A DNA stretch of 64,000 bases from an uncultured delta proteobacterium (GCA_963716725.1 CAVQUB010000002.1:64001-128000), one strand, 5' to 3'. Positions 50,735 through 62,699 are shown, numbered from the stretch's first letter. The notes: generated by a model from the letters alone, not told the origin. Translations and numbers: made by a program.

Positions 50735-51339
50735 GGGAGCACCTCGAAGTCCACGATCACTCCAGCCTGCAGGGACAACATCGGGATCACGCTGTAGGCC
50801 TGATCTTGAGTCGCGGCGCCATAGAAGAGATCGCCGACCAACTCGGCGGTGACGCCGATGCCGGCGCTGACCATGAAAGCGCCGCCCAGCGCCAGCTCGT
50901 AGCCCAGGTTCGGATCCGGTCCGATCACGACGGGCAGCCCCGCCCGCGCGAACGCCCAGGCTCGGGGCGGCAGTCGGTGGGCCACGAGGTAGGACGGCGT
51001 CACGACCTCCTGGGGGACACCCTGGAGCGCCACCGAGAAGTGCAGGCTCCCGCCGTGCTGAAATCCGTCTGGATCCCCGCTCGCGGCGCTCACCGAGAGA
51101 TCGGCGTAGGTGGCGCTCGCCGACACCGACTCCGCATCGTCTCCCAGCGGGGTCGCGAGCCGGTAGGGGTTATTGAAACGAAGGCCGCGGCCGACGGCCA
51201 GCGCGCTCATGAAGTGCAGGTAGCCGCCGTCTGCCGGGCGAAGGGCGGCCGCCGGCTCGCCCTTGGGCGCCTCGGCGCGGGCAGCACCCGCGAGCGACAG
51301 CAGCGCGAGCGCGAGCCCCCAAGCTCGCAGCTCAGGCAC
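50731..51339 (-). CDS. Secreted protein, probable small outer-membrane beta-barrel
   Basis: Signal ...SLAGAARA; amphipathic strands; C-terminal LSLQAGVIVDFEVLP; start inferred. Confidence 0.6.
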   Translation of the reverse strand: MPELRAWGLALALLSLAGAARAEAPKGEPAAALRPADGGYLHFMSALAVGRGLRFNNPYRLATPLGDDAESVSASATYADLSVSAASGDPDGFQHGGSLHFSVALQGVPQEVVTPSYLVAHRLPPRAWAFARAGLPVVIGPDPNLGYELALGGAFMVSAGIGVTAELVGDLFYGAATQDQAYSVIPMLSLQAGVIVDFEVLP

Positions 51340-52627
51340 AAGCACGTTCGACGTCGTCAACGCTCTTGGGCACGTCACTGGTGAGCACGCTCGCACCCTC
51401 TGGCGTGACCAGCACGTCGTCTTCGATGCGGACGCCGATCCCGCGATACTGCTCTGGGGCGCCTTCGGCATTATCGGCCACGTAGATGCCCGGCTCTACC
51501 GTGATCACGACTCCCGTGTCGAGAGGACGAGCCTTCCCGTCGACGAAGTAGCGGCCGACGTCGTGCACGTCCATGCCGAGGTAGTGGCAAGTCCGGTGCA
51601 TGTAGTACTTCTTGTAGGTCTGTTTCTCGAGCACGGTCTCGATGGGCCCCTCCACCATTCCCAGGTCGAGGAGGCCTTGGGCGATCACGCGCACGCTGGC
51701 GTCGTGGATCGCCTCGAGGGTGACGCCCGCGCGGACCGCCTCGATGCTCGCGATCTGGGCGGCGAGCACTATCTCGTAGATCGCCCGCTGCGGTCCGCTG
51801 AACCTGCCGCCCACCGGAAAGGTCCGAGTCACGTCGGCTGCGTAGTAGCCGTACTCACACCCGGCATCCACGAGCAACAGATCGCCGTCGCGCATCTTTC
51901 GGTCGTTCTTGCGGTAGTGCAGGACGGTGGCGTTCGGGCCAGAACCCACGATCGGACCGTAGGCCAAGCGCTCGGCCCCGGCCTGCCGGAACACCGCGAG
52001 CATCACCGCTTCGACCTCGTACTCGAAGGCGTCGGGCCTGGCGGCTGCCATTCCCGCCAGGTGCGCGTCGCGGGTGATCTCGGCGGCCCGCCGCATCAGC
52101 TCCAGCTCCTCGCGAGCCTTCACTCGGCGGTGCTCGTGGACGAGCGTCGCCGGATCCACGATCTCGACGGGCCACGACAGGCCGAGTTTCGCTTTCGAGC
52201 GGACCTTGTCGATGGCGGTGAGCACGACGTCGTCGAAGCTCCGATCGCGTCCCAGCCGGTAGTAAAGACGTGTCGCGTTCTCGAGGAGCGCGGGCAGCTT
52301 CTGCGCCAGCTCGCCGATGGGGAACGCCTCGTCGGCGGCGAACGCTTTCACGGCGCCGTCAACGCCGGCCCGGGCGCCGTCCCAGACCTCTCGCTCCGGA
52401 TCCCGCGAGCGCAGGAAGAGCGCGTACGGCTTTTCCTTGCCGCCGCGCAGGCACAGTACGCTCTCGGGCTCGTCGAAACCGCTCAGGTAGAACAGATCCG
52501 AGTCCTGGCGGTACTCGTGTTCGACGTCGTTGTTTCGAATCGCCAACGGCGCCGAGGGCAAGAGAAGCACCGCGGAACCCAAAGCGTCGAGCACACGCTG
52601 GCGCCGCTGCTTGAAGTCGATGGTCAT
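51332..52627 (-). CDS. pepP: Xaa-Pro aminopeptidase P
   Basis: YRQDSDLFYLSGF, VLHY, VDAG, ADVTRTFP, HYLGMDVHD, TVEPGIY, GVRIEDD. Confidence 0.95.
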   Translation of the reverse strand: MTIDFKQRRQRVLDALGSAVLLLPSAPLAIRNNDVEHEYRQDSDLFYLSGFDEPESVLCLRGGKEKPYALFLRSRDPEREVWDGARAGVDGAVKAFAADEAFPIGELAQKLPALLENATRLYYRLGRDRSFDDVVLTAIDKVRSKAKLGLSWPVEIVDPATLVHEHRRVKAREELELMRRAAEITRDAHLAGMAAARPDAFEYEVEAVMLAVFRQAGAERLAYGPIVGSGPNATVLHYRKNDRKMRDGDLLLVDAGCEYGYYAADVTRTFPVGGRFSGPQRAIYEIVLAAQIASIEAVRAGVTLEAIHDASVRVIAQGLLDLGMVEGPIETVLEKQTYKKYYMHRTCHYLGMDVHDVGRYFVDGKARPLDTGVVITVEPGIYVADNAEGAPEQYRGIGVRIEDDVLVTPEGASVLTSDVPKSVDDVERACA

Positions 52628-52713
52628 CGTTCACACATCCAGGGGAACCGCCGGTGGCCGGGGCGGCCAAAACGTAGTGGCGCCGGGCTCCGCCGTCGAC
52701 CGTTGGCTTTGCC

Positions 52714-53313
52714 TCAGCGAAGCCGCCAGATCTCGATGTTGTACCGCCCCTGACCGCGCTGCGCCCGCACCACGGCGCGGTACTCACCGGGGTCGAACAC
52801 GCAGAAGGGCCCGTCGGGTTTGACCACCGGCCAGCGGTCGTCGCTCGTGTCGAAGGCCACGCGGGCGCCCTGCGGGCTCAGGACCTCGACGTCCAAGTCC
52901 TCGACGCCGGGCTCGGCCACGGCGAAGACCCGATAGCAGTCCCCGGGCTCGGCCTGGAAGCGATGCTCCTTCGCTTCGCTCGAGGCGGTGTCCTGCGACT
53001 CGGCGACCTTGCGCATGCCGTTGGAAGGGCCGCACATCAGCCCGAGCCGCATCACGTCGAGATCGGGGCGGGTGCGCGGCTGAAACTGCGCGTAACACTT
53101 GAGCCAATTGCCCCCGCTCGGTGCCGGGCCGCCCGCGTCCAGGGCGGGGCTCGGGACGGGGGGCAGCGCCGACACGGCCGGCGCTGCGCTGGGCGCCGGC
53201 TCCGGCGGTGCTGGCACGGAGCTCGCGGCGGGTGCCGGGGTCGGCGTCGGCGCGGGCTCTCGGCACCCCGCGAGCCCGAGTGCGACGCAGAGGAGACTGC
53301 CCAGCCCGCGCAT
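52714..53313 (-). CDS. Lipoprotein with a Pro/Ala linker and a beta-sandwich-like C-terminal domain
   Basis: MRGLGSLLCVALGLAGC lipobox; GDCYRVFAV...DLDV. Confidence 0.75.
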   Translation of the reverse strand: MRGLGSLLCVALGLAGCREPAPTPTPAPAASSVPAPPEPAPSAAPAVSALPPVPSPALDAGGPAPSGGNWLKCYAQFQPRTRPDLDVMRLGLMCGPSNGMRKVAESQDTASSEAKEHRFQAEPGDCYRVFAVAEPGVEDLDVEVLSPQGARVAFDTSDDRWPVVKPDGPFCVFDPGEYRAVVRAQRGQGRYNIEIWRLR

Positions 53314-53389
53314 GCCTCGCACATAGCCCGATTGGCCCCTTCGCCCCAAACGATTGACTGACGCAGTGCGCCAGGGTAACTGCCCAGCC

Positions 53390-53869
53390 GTGAGTGCAAG
53401 CGAGTCCCCGCCGCCCGAGGGCGAAGACCGTCCTGAAGAGAAGGAGCGGCGTCGACTCGAACGCATCTTGCCGGAGCTGATTAAGCGCATCGTCGAAGCC
53501 AGCTACGTGAAAATCAGCGAAGGCCCGGAGAACGTCCGGGAGTTCGTGCGGGAGATGAAGCTGCCCAAAGAAGTGCTCGCGGTGCTGCTCGCCCAGATCG
53601 ACGAGACCAAGAACGGCCTGTACCGCGTGGTCGCCAAGGAGATCCGCGACTTCCTCGAGCACACTGATTTTTCCGAAGAAGCAGCCAAGATGCTCACGAT
53701 GCTCTCCTTCGAGATCAAGACCGAGGTACGCTTCATCCCGAACGACGAGCGCGTAGGCGCACCCCCGAAGCCGGAAGTACGTTCCAAGGTTCGCGTCCGA
53801 CGCGACGGTCGAACCGAGCCGCCACCAGATTCTACGAAGGCCGAGGGGGAACAGGAGAACACCGATTGA
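53390..53869 (+). CDS. Hypothetical helical protein
   Basis: Strong GC3 usage; MKLPKE...VAKEIRDFL...SFEIKTEVRF. Confidence 0.7.
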   Translation: MSASESPPPEGEDRPEEKERRRLERILPELIKRIVEASYVKISEGPENVREFVREMKLPKEVLAVLLAQIDETKNGLYRVVAKEIRDFLEHTDFSEEAAKMLTMLSFEIKTEVRFIPNDERVGAPPKPEVRSKVRVRRDGRTEPPPDSTKAEGEQENTD

Positions 53870-54325
53870 AACCTCTCGCCGCAGGCAGTGAAATTGATTC
53901 TTGGTGCACCAAGTGCCGCATGGACCTCGGACATCGCATCATCGCGATGGTCGGGGATTCGACCCAAGCGCGTCGTGTGTCAGACGTGTAACTCGCAGCA
54001 CAACTACCGCGCTCCGGCATCGGAGAAGAAGAAGAGCGTGACGAAGCGCGCTTCCGCCAGCGGTCGCCCAGCCACGGCCGCCCAACGCGTGACCGAGAAG
54101 GCCCGGGTCGAAGCCGCACGGGTCAACGACTGGGAGAAACGCATCGCGGGGCAGGCGGTGGACTCCTTCACTCGCTACAGCATCGACAAGACCTTCGCGG
54201 TCTACGAGCTCATCGCCCACAAGAAGTTCGGTGAAGGCTTCGTCGCGGAGGTGCTCGACAGCGGCAAGGTCAGCATCATGTTCCGGGACGGCCCTCGCAT
54301 GCTGGCACACGGACAGCCCGCGTGA
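53866..54325 (+). CDS. Zinc-ribbon hypothetical protein; frameshift near 53957
   Basis: From TTG 53866: GSEIDSWCTKCRMDLGHRIIAM, then KRVVCQTCNSQH and an SH3-like tail IAHKKFGEG. Confidence 0.7.
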
Positions 54326-57024
54326 ACCCGCGGTGGCTCGCGCCGCTGCTGGTTTCAGCAGCGGTCTCGGCCACACCCCGCGCAGTCGCAGAAGTGACAA
54401 TCAGGCCAGCCGCCGACGGGCAAGTCGGCGCCTGGCTCGTCAGCGGCCCCCTGCCGCCCGATCGGGCGCGCGCGCTGGCAGAGAAGAGCGCCGCGCCCAG
54501 CGCCGCGGGCGCAGCGCCTCGCTTTCGGTTGCTGCACTCCAGAGACGGCGCGCTGGATCTCGATCGTGCGCTCGGCACGGGACGCAAGGAGGGATCGGCG
54601 GCGCTGCTCGGCGGCACGCTCGTGCTCGACGCCGACCTCGACGGCGTACTGCTCGCGTCCATCGACGGTGCGGCGCTGCTCTACGTGGACGGCAAAGCGG
54701 TCTGGGACAGACCGGCGCGAGCGCTTCGAGGCGGCGGCTGGGACGCCATCCCGCTCCGGCTGCAGCGCGGCAGCCACCAGTTGGTGCTGGTGCTCGAGCA
54801 TCCAGGCAACTGGTGGGCCCTCGAGCTGCGGCTCTTGGACGCGCGGAACCTGCTGGCACCGAGCGGCGCCCGGGTGACCTTGGCGGGAACGACCGATGCC
54901 GACGGTGATCGCCTCGCGAGCAGCTTGCTCGATCTGAGCCTCCACGCCGGCGCGGGTCCGAGTGCCTTCCTCCCGAAGCTCGTGGTCGACTTCCCCCGGG
55001 GAACTCCCCTCGAAGCTTCGGTGCCACTGCGCGCGACCGTCCGCGCTGGCACCACGCGCCACGAGCTCGAGCTCGGGCTGCTGCCGCTGGGCCCCCACGG
55101 CGTGTCGCCCTACGAGGCCACGCTTCCGAGCCTCGATCCGCGCGCGCTCGGCGGCGCGACGACGCTCGAGCTCGAGCTGAAGATCGGCAAGCACAGCCGG
55201 AAGCTCAGCGTTCCCCTGCGAGCAAATGCCCCGTCGCTGCTGGCGCGGGCGGCGAAGGCTCGTTCCGAGCTCGAGCGACCACCGGGCAAGCTCCTCGATC
55301 CGACGAGCCTCTCCGCGACCCTCGAGGCCGACGCCACGGCCGTCGCCCGCAGCGTCCCGGGAGCCGAGGCGCGGCTCGATGCGCTGCTCACCGAGATCGA
55401 GGCCGGACGTGATCCGCTGCTGCGACCCGGCGTCACGCTCCTCGCCCGTCGATCCAGCGTCGATGGCGAGCCGGATCCCACAGCGCTGCACGTGCCCGCG
55501 GGCTACGCTGCCGGCGGCGCGACGCGCTATCCACTGGTCGTGGTCCTGCATGGCTTGAACGGGAACCCGCAAGGCATCATGGATGCCTTCCTCGACTCCA
55601 AGAGTCGGGGCCCCAGCGTCGATGGCTTCGTGCTCGCGCCTCACGCCCACGGCAACGCTTTCTACCGAGGCCCGGGCGAGCTCGAGGTGATGGCGGCCCT
55701 GAAATGGGCGGTCGACACCTATGCCATCGATCCGGCGCGGGTCTCGATCACGGGAGTCAGCATGGGAGGCACCGGGGCGGGTCACCTGGGCCTGCGCTAC
55801 CTCGATCACTTCGCGGCCGCCGCCCCGCTCTGCGGCTATCACAGCTACTTCGTGCGTCGCGACACCCGAGGTCGGCCGATCCGCCCCTGGGAGACCGAGC
55901 GCATGCACCACTGGTCTCCGGCGACTTGGGCCGAGCGCGGACGAAATCTTCCGATGTGGGTCGCCCACGGCACCAAGGATTTCCCCCTCGAAAACTCCAA
56001 GGTCCTCGTCGAGCGCTACAAACAGCTCGGCTACTCGATGACCGACGAGTGGCCCGACACCGGCCACGACGTCTGGACCAAGGCCTACGCCGGGGCGCGA
56101 CTGTTCCCCTGGCTCTCGCGCGCGCGGCGTGATCCCGGGCCCAAGCACATCACGGTCAAGACCGACTCGCTGCGCTTCGGCAAGATCCAGTGGGCGACGA
56201 TCCGCGCGCTCTCGCAGCCCGGGAGAGCAGGGAGCCTCGACGTGGATGCGAGCGCGAGCCCGGTCCGCGTGAAGACCGCCGCCATCGAGGCCTTCGAACT
56301 CGAGCGGGGGCCGCGGCTGGCCAAGACCGGAAAGGTGGAGCTCGAGGTCGACGGCACCACGCTCACCTTCGACGAGGCCGAGCCGGTCCTCGTGACGAAA
56401 CGCGACAAGGACTGGACCAAGGGCGCGCCCTCAGCTCGGGGAAAACGCGCAGGGCTCGAGGGGCCGATCCGCGACGCCTTCTTGGAGCCCCTGATCTTCA
56501 GCTATGGCAGCGGTGATCCACGCACCGCCCGGGCGAATCGCGAGGTCGCGCTGGCGCTGTCACGCCGCCACGGATCCGAGGTCGGATATCGCATCGTGGC
56601 CGACGTCGATCTCGACGAGACCACGATGAAGTCCCACGCCGTCGTGGCGGTGGGCAGCTCTCGGGACCACGTGCTCTTGGCCAGAATCGGCCGGAAGCTG
56701 CCGCTCTTCGACGACGGCGCGGCTCTGGTCGCGGGCTCGGAGCGCTTCGACCGCCCGGGCACGGGTGCGATCTTCATCACCCCGAACCCCGAAGCCACGG
56801 AGCGTTACCTGCTTGTCGTCACGGGCGTGGACGCCGCCGGGATCTGGCGAGCCCTCTCCTTGCCCCAGCTGCTGCCGGACTTCTTGGTCTACGACGAGCG
56901 CCTCGGGGCCGCAGCCGCCGAGGTGGTGCTCGGCCGCGACGCGCGCGTGCTGGCAGGCGGCTTCTTCGACTGGGACTGGAAGCTGCCGGCGCTGCTGGCT
57001 GACCCGGAGGCCTCCGCGCGCTAG
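54322..57024 (+). CDS. Secreted alpha/beta hydrolase (esterase/peptidase S9-like) with accessory domains
   Basis: Signal peptide; YPLVVVLHG, GVSMGG nucleophile elbow, AHGTKD, GHDVW. Confidence 0.8.
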   Translation: MNPRWLAPLLVSAAVSATPRAVAEVTIRPAADGQVGAWLVSGPLPPDRARALAEKSAAPSAAGAAPRFRLLHSRDGALDLDRALGTGRKEGSAALLGGTLVLDADLDGVLLASIDGAALLYVDGKAVWDRPARALRGGGWDAIPLRLQRGSHQLVLVLEHPGNWWALELRLLDARNLLAPSGARVTLAGTTDADGDRLASSLLDLSLHAGAGPSAFLPKLVVDFPRGTPLEASVPLRATVRAGTTRHELELGLLPLGPHGVSPYEATLPSLDPRALGGATTLELELKIGKHSRKLSVPLRANAPSLLARAAKARSELERPPGKLLDPTSLSATLEADATAVARSVPGAEARLDALLTEIEAGRDPLLRPGVTLLARRSSVDGEPDPTALHVPAGYAAGGATRYPLVVVLHGLNGNPQGIMDAFLDSKSRGPSVDGFVLAPHAHGNAFYRGPGELEVMAALKWAVDTYAIDPARVSITGVSMGGTGAGHLGLRYLDHFAAAAPLCGYHSYFVRRDTRGRPIRPWETERMHHWSPATWAERGRNLPMWVAHGTKDFPLENSKVLVERYKQLGYSMTDEWPDTGHDVWTKAYAGARLFPWLSRARRDPGPKHITVKTDSLRFGKIQWATIRALSQPGRAGSLDVDASASPVRVKTAAIEAFELERGPRLAKTGKVELEVDGTTLTFDEAEPVLVTKRDKDWTKGAPSARGKRAGLEGPIRDAFLEPLIFSYGSGDPRTARANREVALALSRRHGSEVGYRIVADVDLDETTMKSHAVVAVGSSRDHVLLARIGRKLPLFDDGAALVAGSERFDRPGTGAIFITPNPEATERYLLVVTGVDAAGIWRALSLPQLLPDFLVYDERLGAAAAEVVLGRDARVLAGGFFDWDWKLPALLADPEASAR

Positions 57025-57049
57025 CATCCTCTCGACTAGGACCGCTCCG

Positions 57050-57799
57050 ATGCCAACGACCGCCGCGCACAACAACCGAGAGATCCACAATCGCCTCTGG
57101 CGCGAGCTCACTCCCTTCATCCGCTACAACCCCGGCGCCCGCCACCGCCGGCGGATCCTCTTCCAACTGGCGGACGACTTGCCCAAGCGGAGCGTGATCG
57201 ATGTCGGCTGCGGAAACGGCGAGCTCTTGCGGCTCATGCGCGCTCGGTATCCCGAGATCCAGAGAGCGACGGGCGCGGATCTCTCCGACGCCGTGGTCGA
57301 ACAGAACCGTCGAGCTTTCCCCGAGTTCGACTTCGAAGTGCTCGACATCGAGCGTGAGACGCTCCCGCAGCAGGCCGAGCTGGTCACCTGCGCCGAGGTG
57401 ATCGAGCATCTCGACACCCGCGAGACGGCCTTCGCCCACCTCGCGGCGATGGTCGCGCCGGGAGGCACGCTGATCGTCACCTGCCCAACCGGCAAGGTAT
57501 TCCCGACCGAGAAGCACTTCGGTCACACCACTCACCCCGACCTCAGGGAGCTCGAAGCGCTGGGCAAGACCGCCGGCCTCTCGCTGGACAGAGTCCAGAA
57601 CTGGGGCTTCCCGGTCTACCGGCTCACCAAGTGGCTCACCAACCTGAACCCGGAGCTAGCGCTGCGCAAGTTCGCGGTCGACCACTATGGCCCCGCGCAG
57701 GTGTTTGTCTCCGGCGCGCTGTACGTCGCGAACTTCCTGAACGTGCCGTCGTCGTCCCACGGCTGCCAGCTCTTCGCTCGCTATCGCAAGCCGCGCTGA
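57050..57799 (+). CDS. Class I SAM-dependent methyltransferase
   Basis: VIDVGCGNG, GADLS, EVIEHL, PGGTLIVTCP. Confidence 0.88.
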   Translation: MPTTAAHNNREIHNRLWRELTPFIRYNPGARHRRRILFQLADDLPKRSVIDVGCGNGELLRLMRARYPEIQRATGADLSDAVVEQNRRAFPEFDFEVLDIERETLPQQAELVTCAEVIEHLDTRETAFAHLAAMVAPGGTLIVTCPTGKVFPTEKHFGHTTHPDLRELEALGKTAGLSLDRVQNWGFPVYRLTKWLTNLNPELALRKFAVDHYGPAQVFVSGALYVANFLNVPSSSHGCQLFARYRKPR

Positions 57800-57827
57800 C
57801 CGCGACAGGCTCCGAGACGCGGAACAG

Positions 57828-58775
57828 TCAGCGCTTCGCGGGGCGCTTCACCGGGCGCTTCACCCCTTCGGGTATCCCCCGTCGGGGACTTCCAAGGGTC
57901 GTCGCGGAGCGCGTCGTTCCGGCGCGTCGACCGCCGGCCGCGTCCCGCTCGGCGCGCGCCTCGAGCTTCCGCTTCTTCTCCCCGGTCGGCGCGCGGGAGG
58001 CGAGCTTGCCGTGGACCCCAGGAACGACGGCGACGCCCCGCACCCGCTTCGGAACACCGAACTCGGCCTTCAGCGCCGTCAGCTCGTCGACGGTCAGGTG
58101 GCGCCACTCCCCGGGGCGCAGTCCCGGCATCTCGATCCCGGCAAAGCTCGACCGCGACAGCCGCAGCACCGGCAGGCCGGCGCTGTCACCGAGGCGCCGC
58201 ACTTGCCGATTCCGGCCTTCCCGCAGGGTCACCTCGATCCAACTCTTGTCGCCCTCGAGGCGCAGCAGACGCACCGAGGCGGGGCGCGTCGCGCGGCCGT
58301 CGATCTCGATGCTCTCCCCGAGTCGCGCCAGCGCGACTTCGTCCACCACACCGCGCACCTTGGCGACGTAAGTCTTGGGCGCTCCCTTGCTGGGGTGCCC
58401 GAGAACGGCGGCGAAGTCACCGTCGTTGGTCATCAACAGAACGCCGCTGGTGTGGAAGTCGAGCCGACCCACCGGAACGACTCGCCCTCCCGCTCCGCGT
58501 ACCAAGCTCGCGACCGTCGGCCGACCTTCCGGATCGCTCATGGTGCACATCACCGCGCGCGGCTTGTGCAGCGCGATGTACACCTTCTGCTCGGCGATCA
58601 GGCGGGTGCCGTCGAGCTCGACGCGGTCGCGCTCCGGATCCACCCGCGTGCCGAGCTCCGTGACCACGCGTCCGCCCACGCGAACGCGCCCAGCGGTGAT
58701 CAGCTCTTCGGCCTTGCGTCGAGACGCCACCCCCGCGCGGCTCAGGACCTTCTGCAGTCGTTCCAAGTTGCTCAT
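57828..58775 (-). CDS. rRNA pseudouridine synthase, RsuA/RluB family
   Basis: S4 domain RLQKVLSRAGVASRRKAE; VGRLD; EGRNRQVRR. Confidence 0.93.
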   Translation of the reverse strand: MSNLERLQKVLSRAGVASRRKAEELITAGRVRVGGRVVTELGTRVDPERDRVELDGTRLIAEQKVYIALHKPRAVMCTMSDPEGRPTVASLVRGAGGRVVPVGRLDFHTSGVLLMTNDGDFAAVLGHPSKGAPKTYVAKVRGVVDEVALARLGESIEIDGRATRPASVRLLRLEGDKSWIEVTLREGRNRQVRRLGDSAGLPVLRLSRSSFAGIEMPGLRPGEWRHLTVDELTALKAEFGVPKRVRGVAVVPGVHGKLASRAPTGEKKRKLEARAERDAAGGRRAGTTRSATTLGSPRRGIPEGVKRPVKRPAKR

Positions 58776-58813
58776 GATCGATCCGGGGCCTGTCCTGCCC
58801 TGCCCGGAGCTGG

Positions 58814-59575
58814 TCAGTTCTTCTTGCGCGCGCTCACCTGGGCGTCGGTGGCGGCATCCGTGGCCGCCGCGCCGGCGTCGAGAGCGGCCTCCTGCGCGGC
58901 CTTCTCTTCTTCTTCACGCTCTTTTTGCTCGGCCAGTCGCGCGGCCTCTTCGTCGCGGTCCCAGCGGTCGACGTGGCCGTCGTGATCGAGATCCACACCC
59001 ATGCGCTGCAAGCGCCCCTTCTCGTAGATCTCCCAGATGTCGGGCTTGCCGTTGTGGTTGGTGTCCCGTTGGGCGCGGCTCAGCTGCCCGTCGACGTAGA
59101 AACGAATCTCGTCAGGCAGACCGTCGCCGCTGCTGTCGGTCTCGACCTTGGCGATGCGCCCGCGGCTGAACTGAATCCAGGTGTCGATTCGGCCGTCGCC
59201 GTTGGTGTCTGCCTTTTCGTGGTTGGCTTCGCCCTTGTCGTTGTAGGTGCGAACGACGTCCTTCAGACCGTCGAGATTGGTGTCCACCTCGCGGCAAAGC
59301 AATACGCGGCGTGCGTCTTCACCGATGCCCACGATGGCGAACACCCGCCGGATGTTGGGTTGGATGGCGCCCGGGCCGGTGGTCTCCTGAACCTCGCGAT
59401 CCTTGCGTCCCTTGAAGTCGCACTGTGAGCGATCCTCTTTGTCGCGCTTGTCTACCGCGACCCCGCGATCGCCCACGGCCTTGGGCCGCTGGGCTTCGCT
59501 GCCGCCGCAGGCCACAAATGCCGCGAGGCCGGCGCCGACGCAGAGCGAGATGCCGAAGCGGTGAAGCGCGCTCAC
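58814..59575 (-). CDS. Lipoprotein with Dx[DN]xDG repeats
   Basis: Lipobox FVAC; DTNLDG, DTNGDG, DSSGDG, DTNHNG, DLDHDG. Confidence 0.8.
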   Translation of the reverse strand: MSALHRFGISLCVGAGLAAFVACGGSEAQRPKAVGDRGVAVDKRDKEDRSQCDFKGRKDREVQETTGPGAIQPNIRRVFAIVGIGEDARRVLLCREVDTNLDGLKDVVRTYNDKGEANHEKADTNGDGRIDTWIQFSRGRIAKVETDSSGDGLPDEIRFYVDGQLSRAQRDTNHNGKPDIWEIYEKGRLQRMGVDLDHDGHVDRWDRDEEAARLAEQKEREEEEKAAQEAALDAGAAATDAATDAQVSARKKN

Positions 59576-60309
59576 TTCTTCTCCTCCTTCGTCGGGGGTC
59601 CACCCGGGGGAACTTCTTTGTTCTCGGTCTCTTCCGGCAACGCGCCGGGGCGCTCGAAGGTGTGCTTGGGTCCGGCGGCTGCGGCGCGAGAAGGCGGCAC
59701 GTAGCCGGTCTGCTTACAGTAGTCGATGGTCGCCCCGGGGTCGGGGCGCCCGTCGCCGTCGATGTCGGAGTGGATCATGGGGCACTTGTCGGTGTCGGCT
59801 TTGAACTCCCACCACTGATCGACGATGGCGTCACCGTCCGAATCGCGCTCGGTGCGCGCCAGCTTGCCGCTTTGGTAGATCTGCCAAGTGTCGAGGCGCC
59901 CGGCCATGACCGTGGCGCGCTGCTGTTCGACGAGCACGCCGGCCTGGAAGATCTGGATCTCCTCGATCTGCCCGTCACGGTCGTAGTCTCGCTCTCGCCG
60001 CCGGAGCTGCCCTGAAGCGTCGAAATAGGAGTAGCCGTCGACCTTGCCGTCGAAATTCAGATCGACCGCGCGACAGACCTCTTTGCCTCCGCTGCGGACG
60101 AGCCAGACATCGGGTTTGCCGTCGCCATTGGCGTCGAGCTTCTCGGCGGAGTTGAGCGCGCAGTCCTCGTGGACCACGCGCGTGTCGCGCCGCTGGGGAG
60201 CGCCGTCCGCGGACTTCGCACCGACCTGGACTGATTCACCACAGCCCGATTGAAACGCGAGCAGCGAGAGCGCGCAAAGCACACCCCGAGCCCGCCCAAT
60301 GCTCTTCAT
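59572..60309 (-). CDS. Lipoprotein with Dx[DN]xDG repeats (paralog of the adjacent gene)
   Basis: Signal ...LAFQSGC; DANGDG, DLNFDG, DYDRDG, DSDGDA, DIDGDG; start MKS at 60309. Confidence 0.8.
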   Translation of the reverse strand: MKSIGRARGVLCALSLLAFQSGCGESVQVGAKSADGAPQRRDTRVVHEDCALNSAEKLDANGDGKPDVWLVRSGGKEVCRAVDLNFDGKVDGYSYFDASGQLRRRERDYDRDGQIEEIQIFQAGVLVEQQRATVMAGRLDTWQIYQSGKLARTERDSDGDAIVDQWWEFKADTDKCPMIHSDIDGDGRPDPGATIDYCKQTGYVPPSRAAAAGPKHTFERPGALPEETENKEVPPGGPPTKEEKK

Positions 60310-60502
60310 GTTCGAGTTCCGTTCCGAATCGCCAAGCAGAGAGCCCCGGGCAACGCCACGGGGCGGCCGCCATCCTAGCTCACCGGGCCGGGCCGGAACA
60401 CCCAATCGAACCAGTCAACATGCGCGCCCCGAGTCCGCGACCAGGGCCGCGAAATTGGCATTTTGATCTTCAATTTCCAGCATTTAATGCCACCAACACG
60501 CA

Positions 60503-60531
60503 TTGACAACAGACATAATGGCATCTATTGT
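60503..60531 (+). promoter_or_regulatory. Near-consensus sigma70 promoter for the RHH gene
   Basis: TTGACA-N17-TATTGT within an AT-rich patch, 32 bp before ATG 60564. Confidence 0.7.
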
Positions 60532-60563
60532 AACGACTGGCACTCGCGCCCGGGTCCTGCACG

Positions 60564-60770
60564 ATGTCGCGCAAGAAGATTTCCACCACCGTCTACATCA
60601 CGCCCGAGCAAAACGAGCGCCTTCACCTGCTCCACAACCGGACCAAGGTGCCGGTCGCGGTGTACATCCGGGAAGGCATCGATCTGGTGCTGAAACGCTA
60701 CGAGCACGCGCTGCCGGGCCAAATGACGCTGGCGGACGCGCCGCCGACCAAGACCAGCAAGAAGGGCTGA
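60564..60770 (+). CDS. Ribbon-helix-helix DNA-binding protein
   Basis: [10 protein letters not shown] beta-ribbon, then [10 protein letters not shown] and [15 protein letters not shown]. Confidence 0.85.
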   Translation: MSRKKISTTVYITPEQNERLHLLHNRTKVPVAVYIREGIDLVLKRYEHALPGQMTLADAPPTKTSKKG

Positions 60771-60844
60771 GCGGCCCGGTTCCGCTGGTCCTGCGTCGCT
60801 CGACGGGCTACACGCGCGGTTCGTTACCACTGCGACAGCGGCGC

Positions 60845-62653
<1,809 letters not shown>

Positions 62654-62699
62654 CCGCGCCCCCCTTCTCTCCGTGCCCGCTTCGACTATGTTTCGGGCG

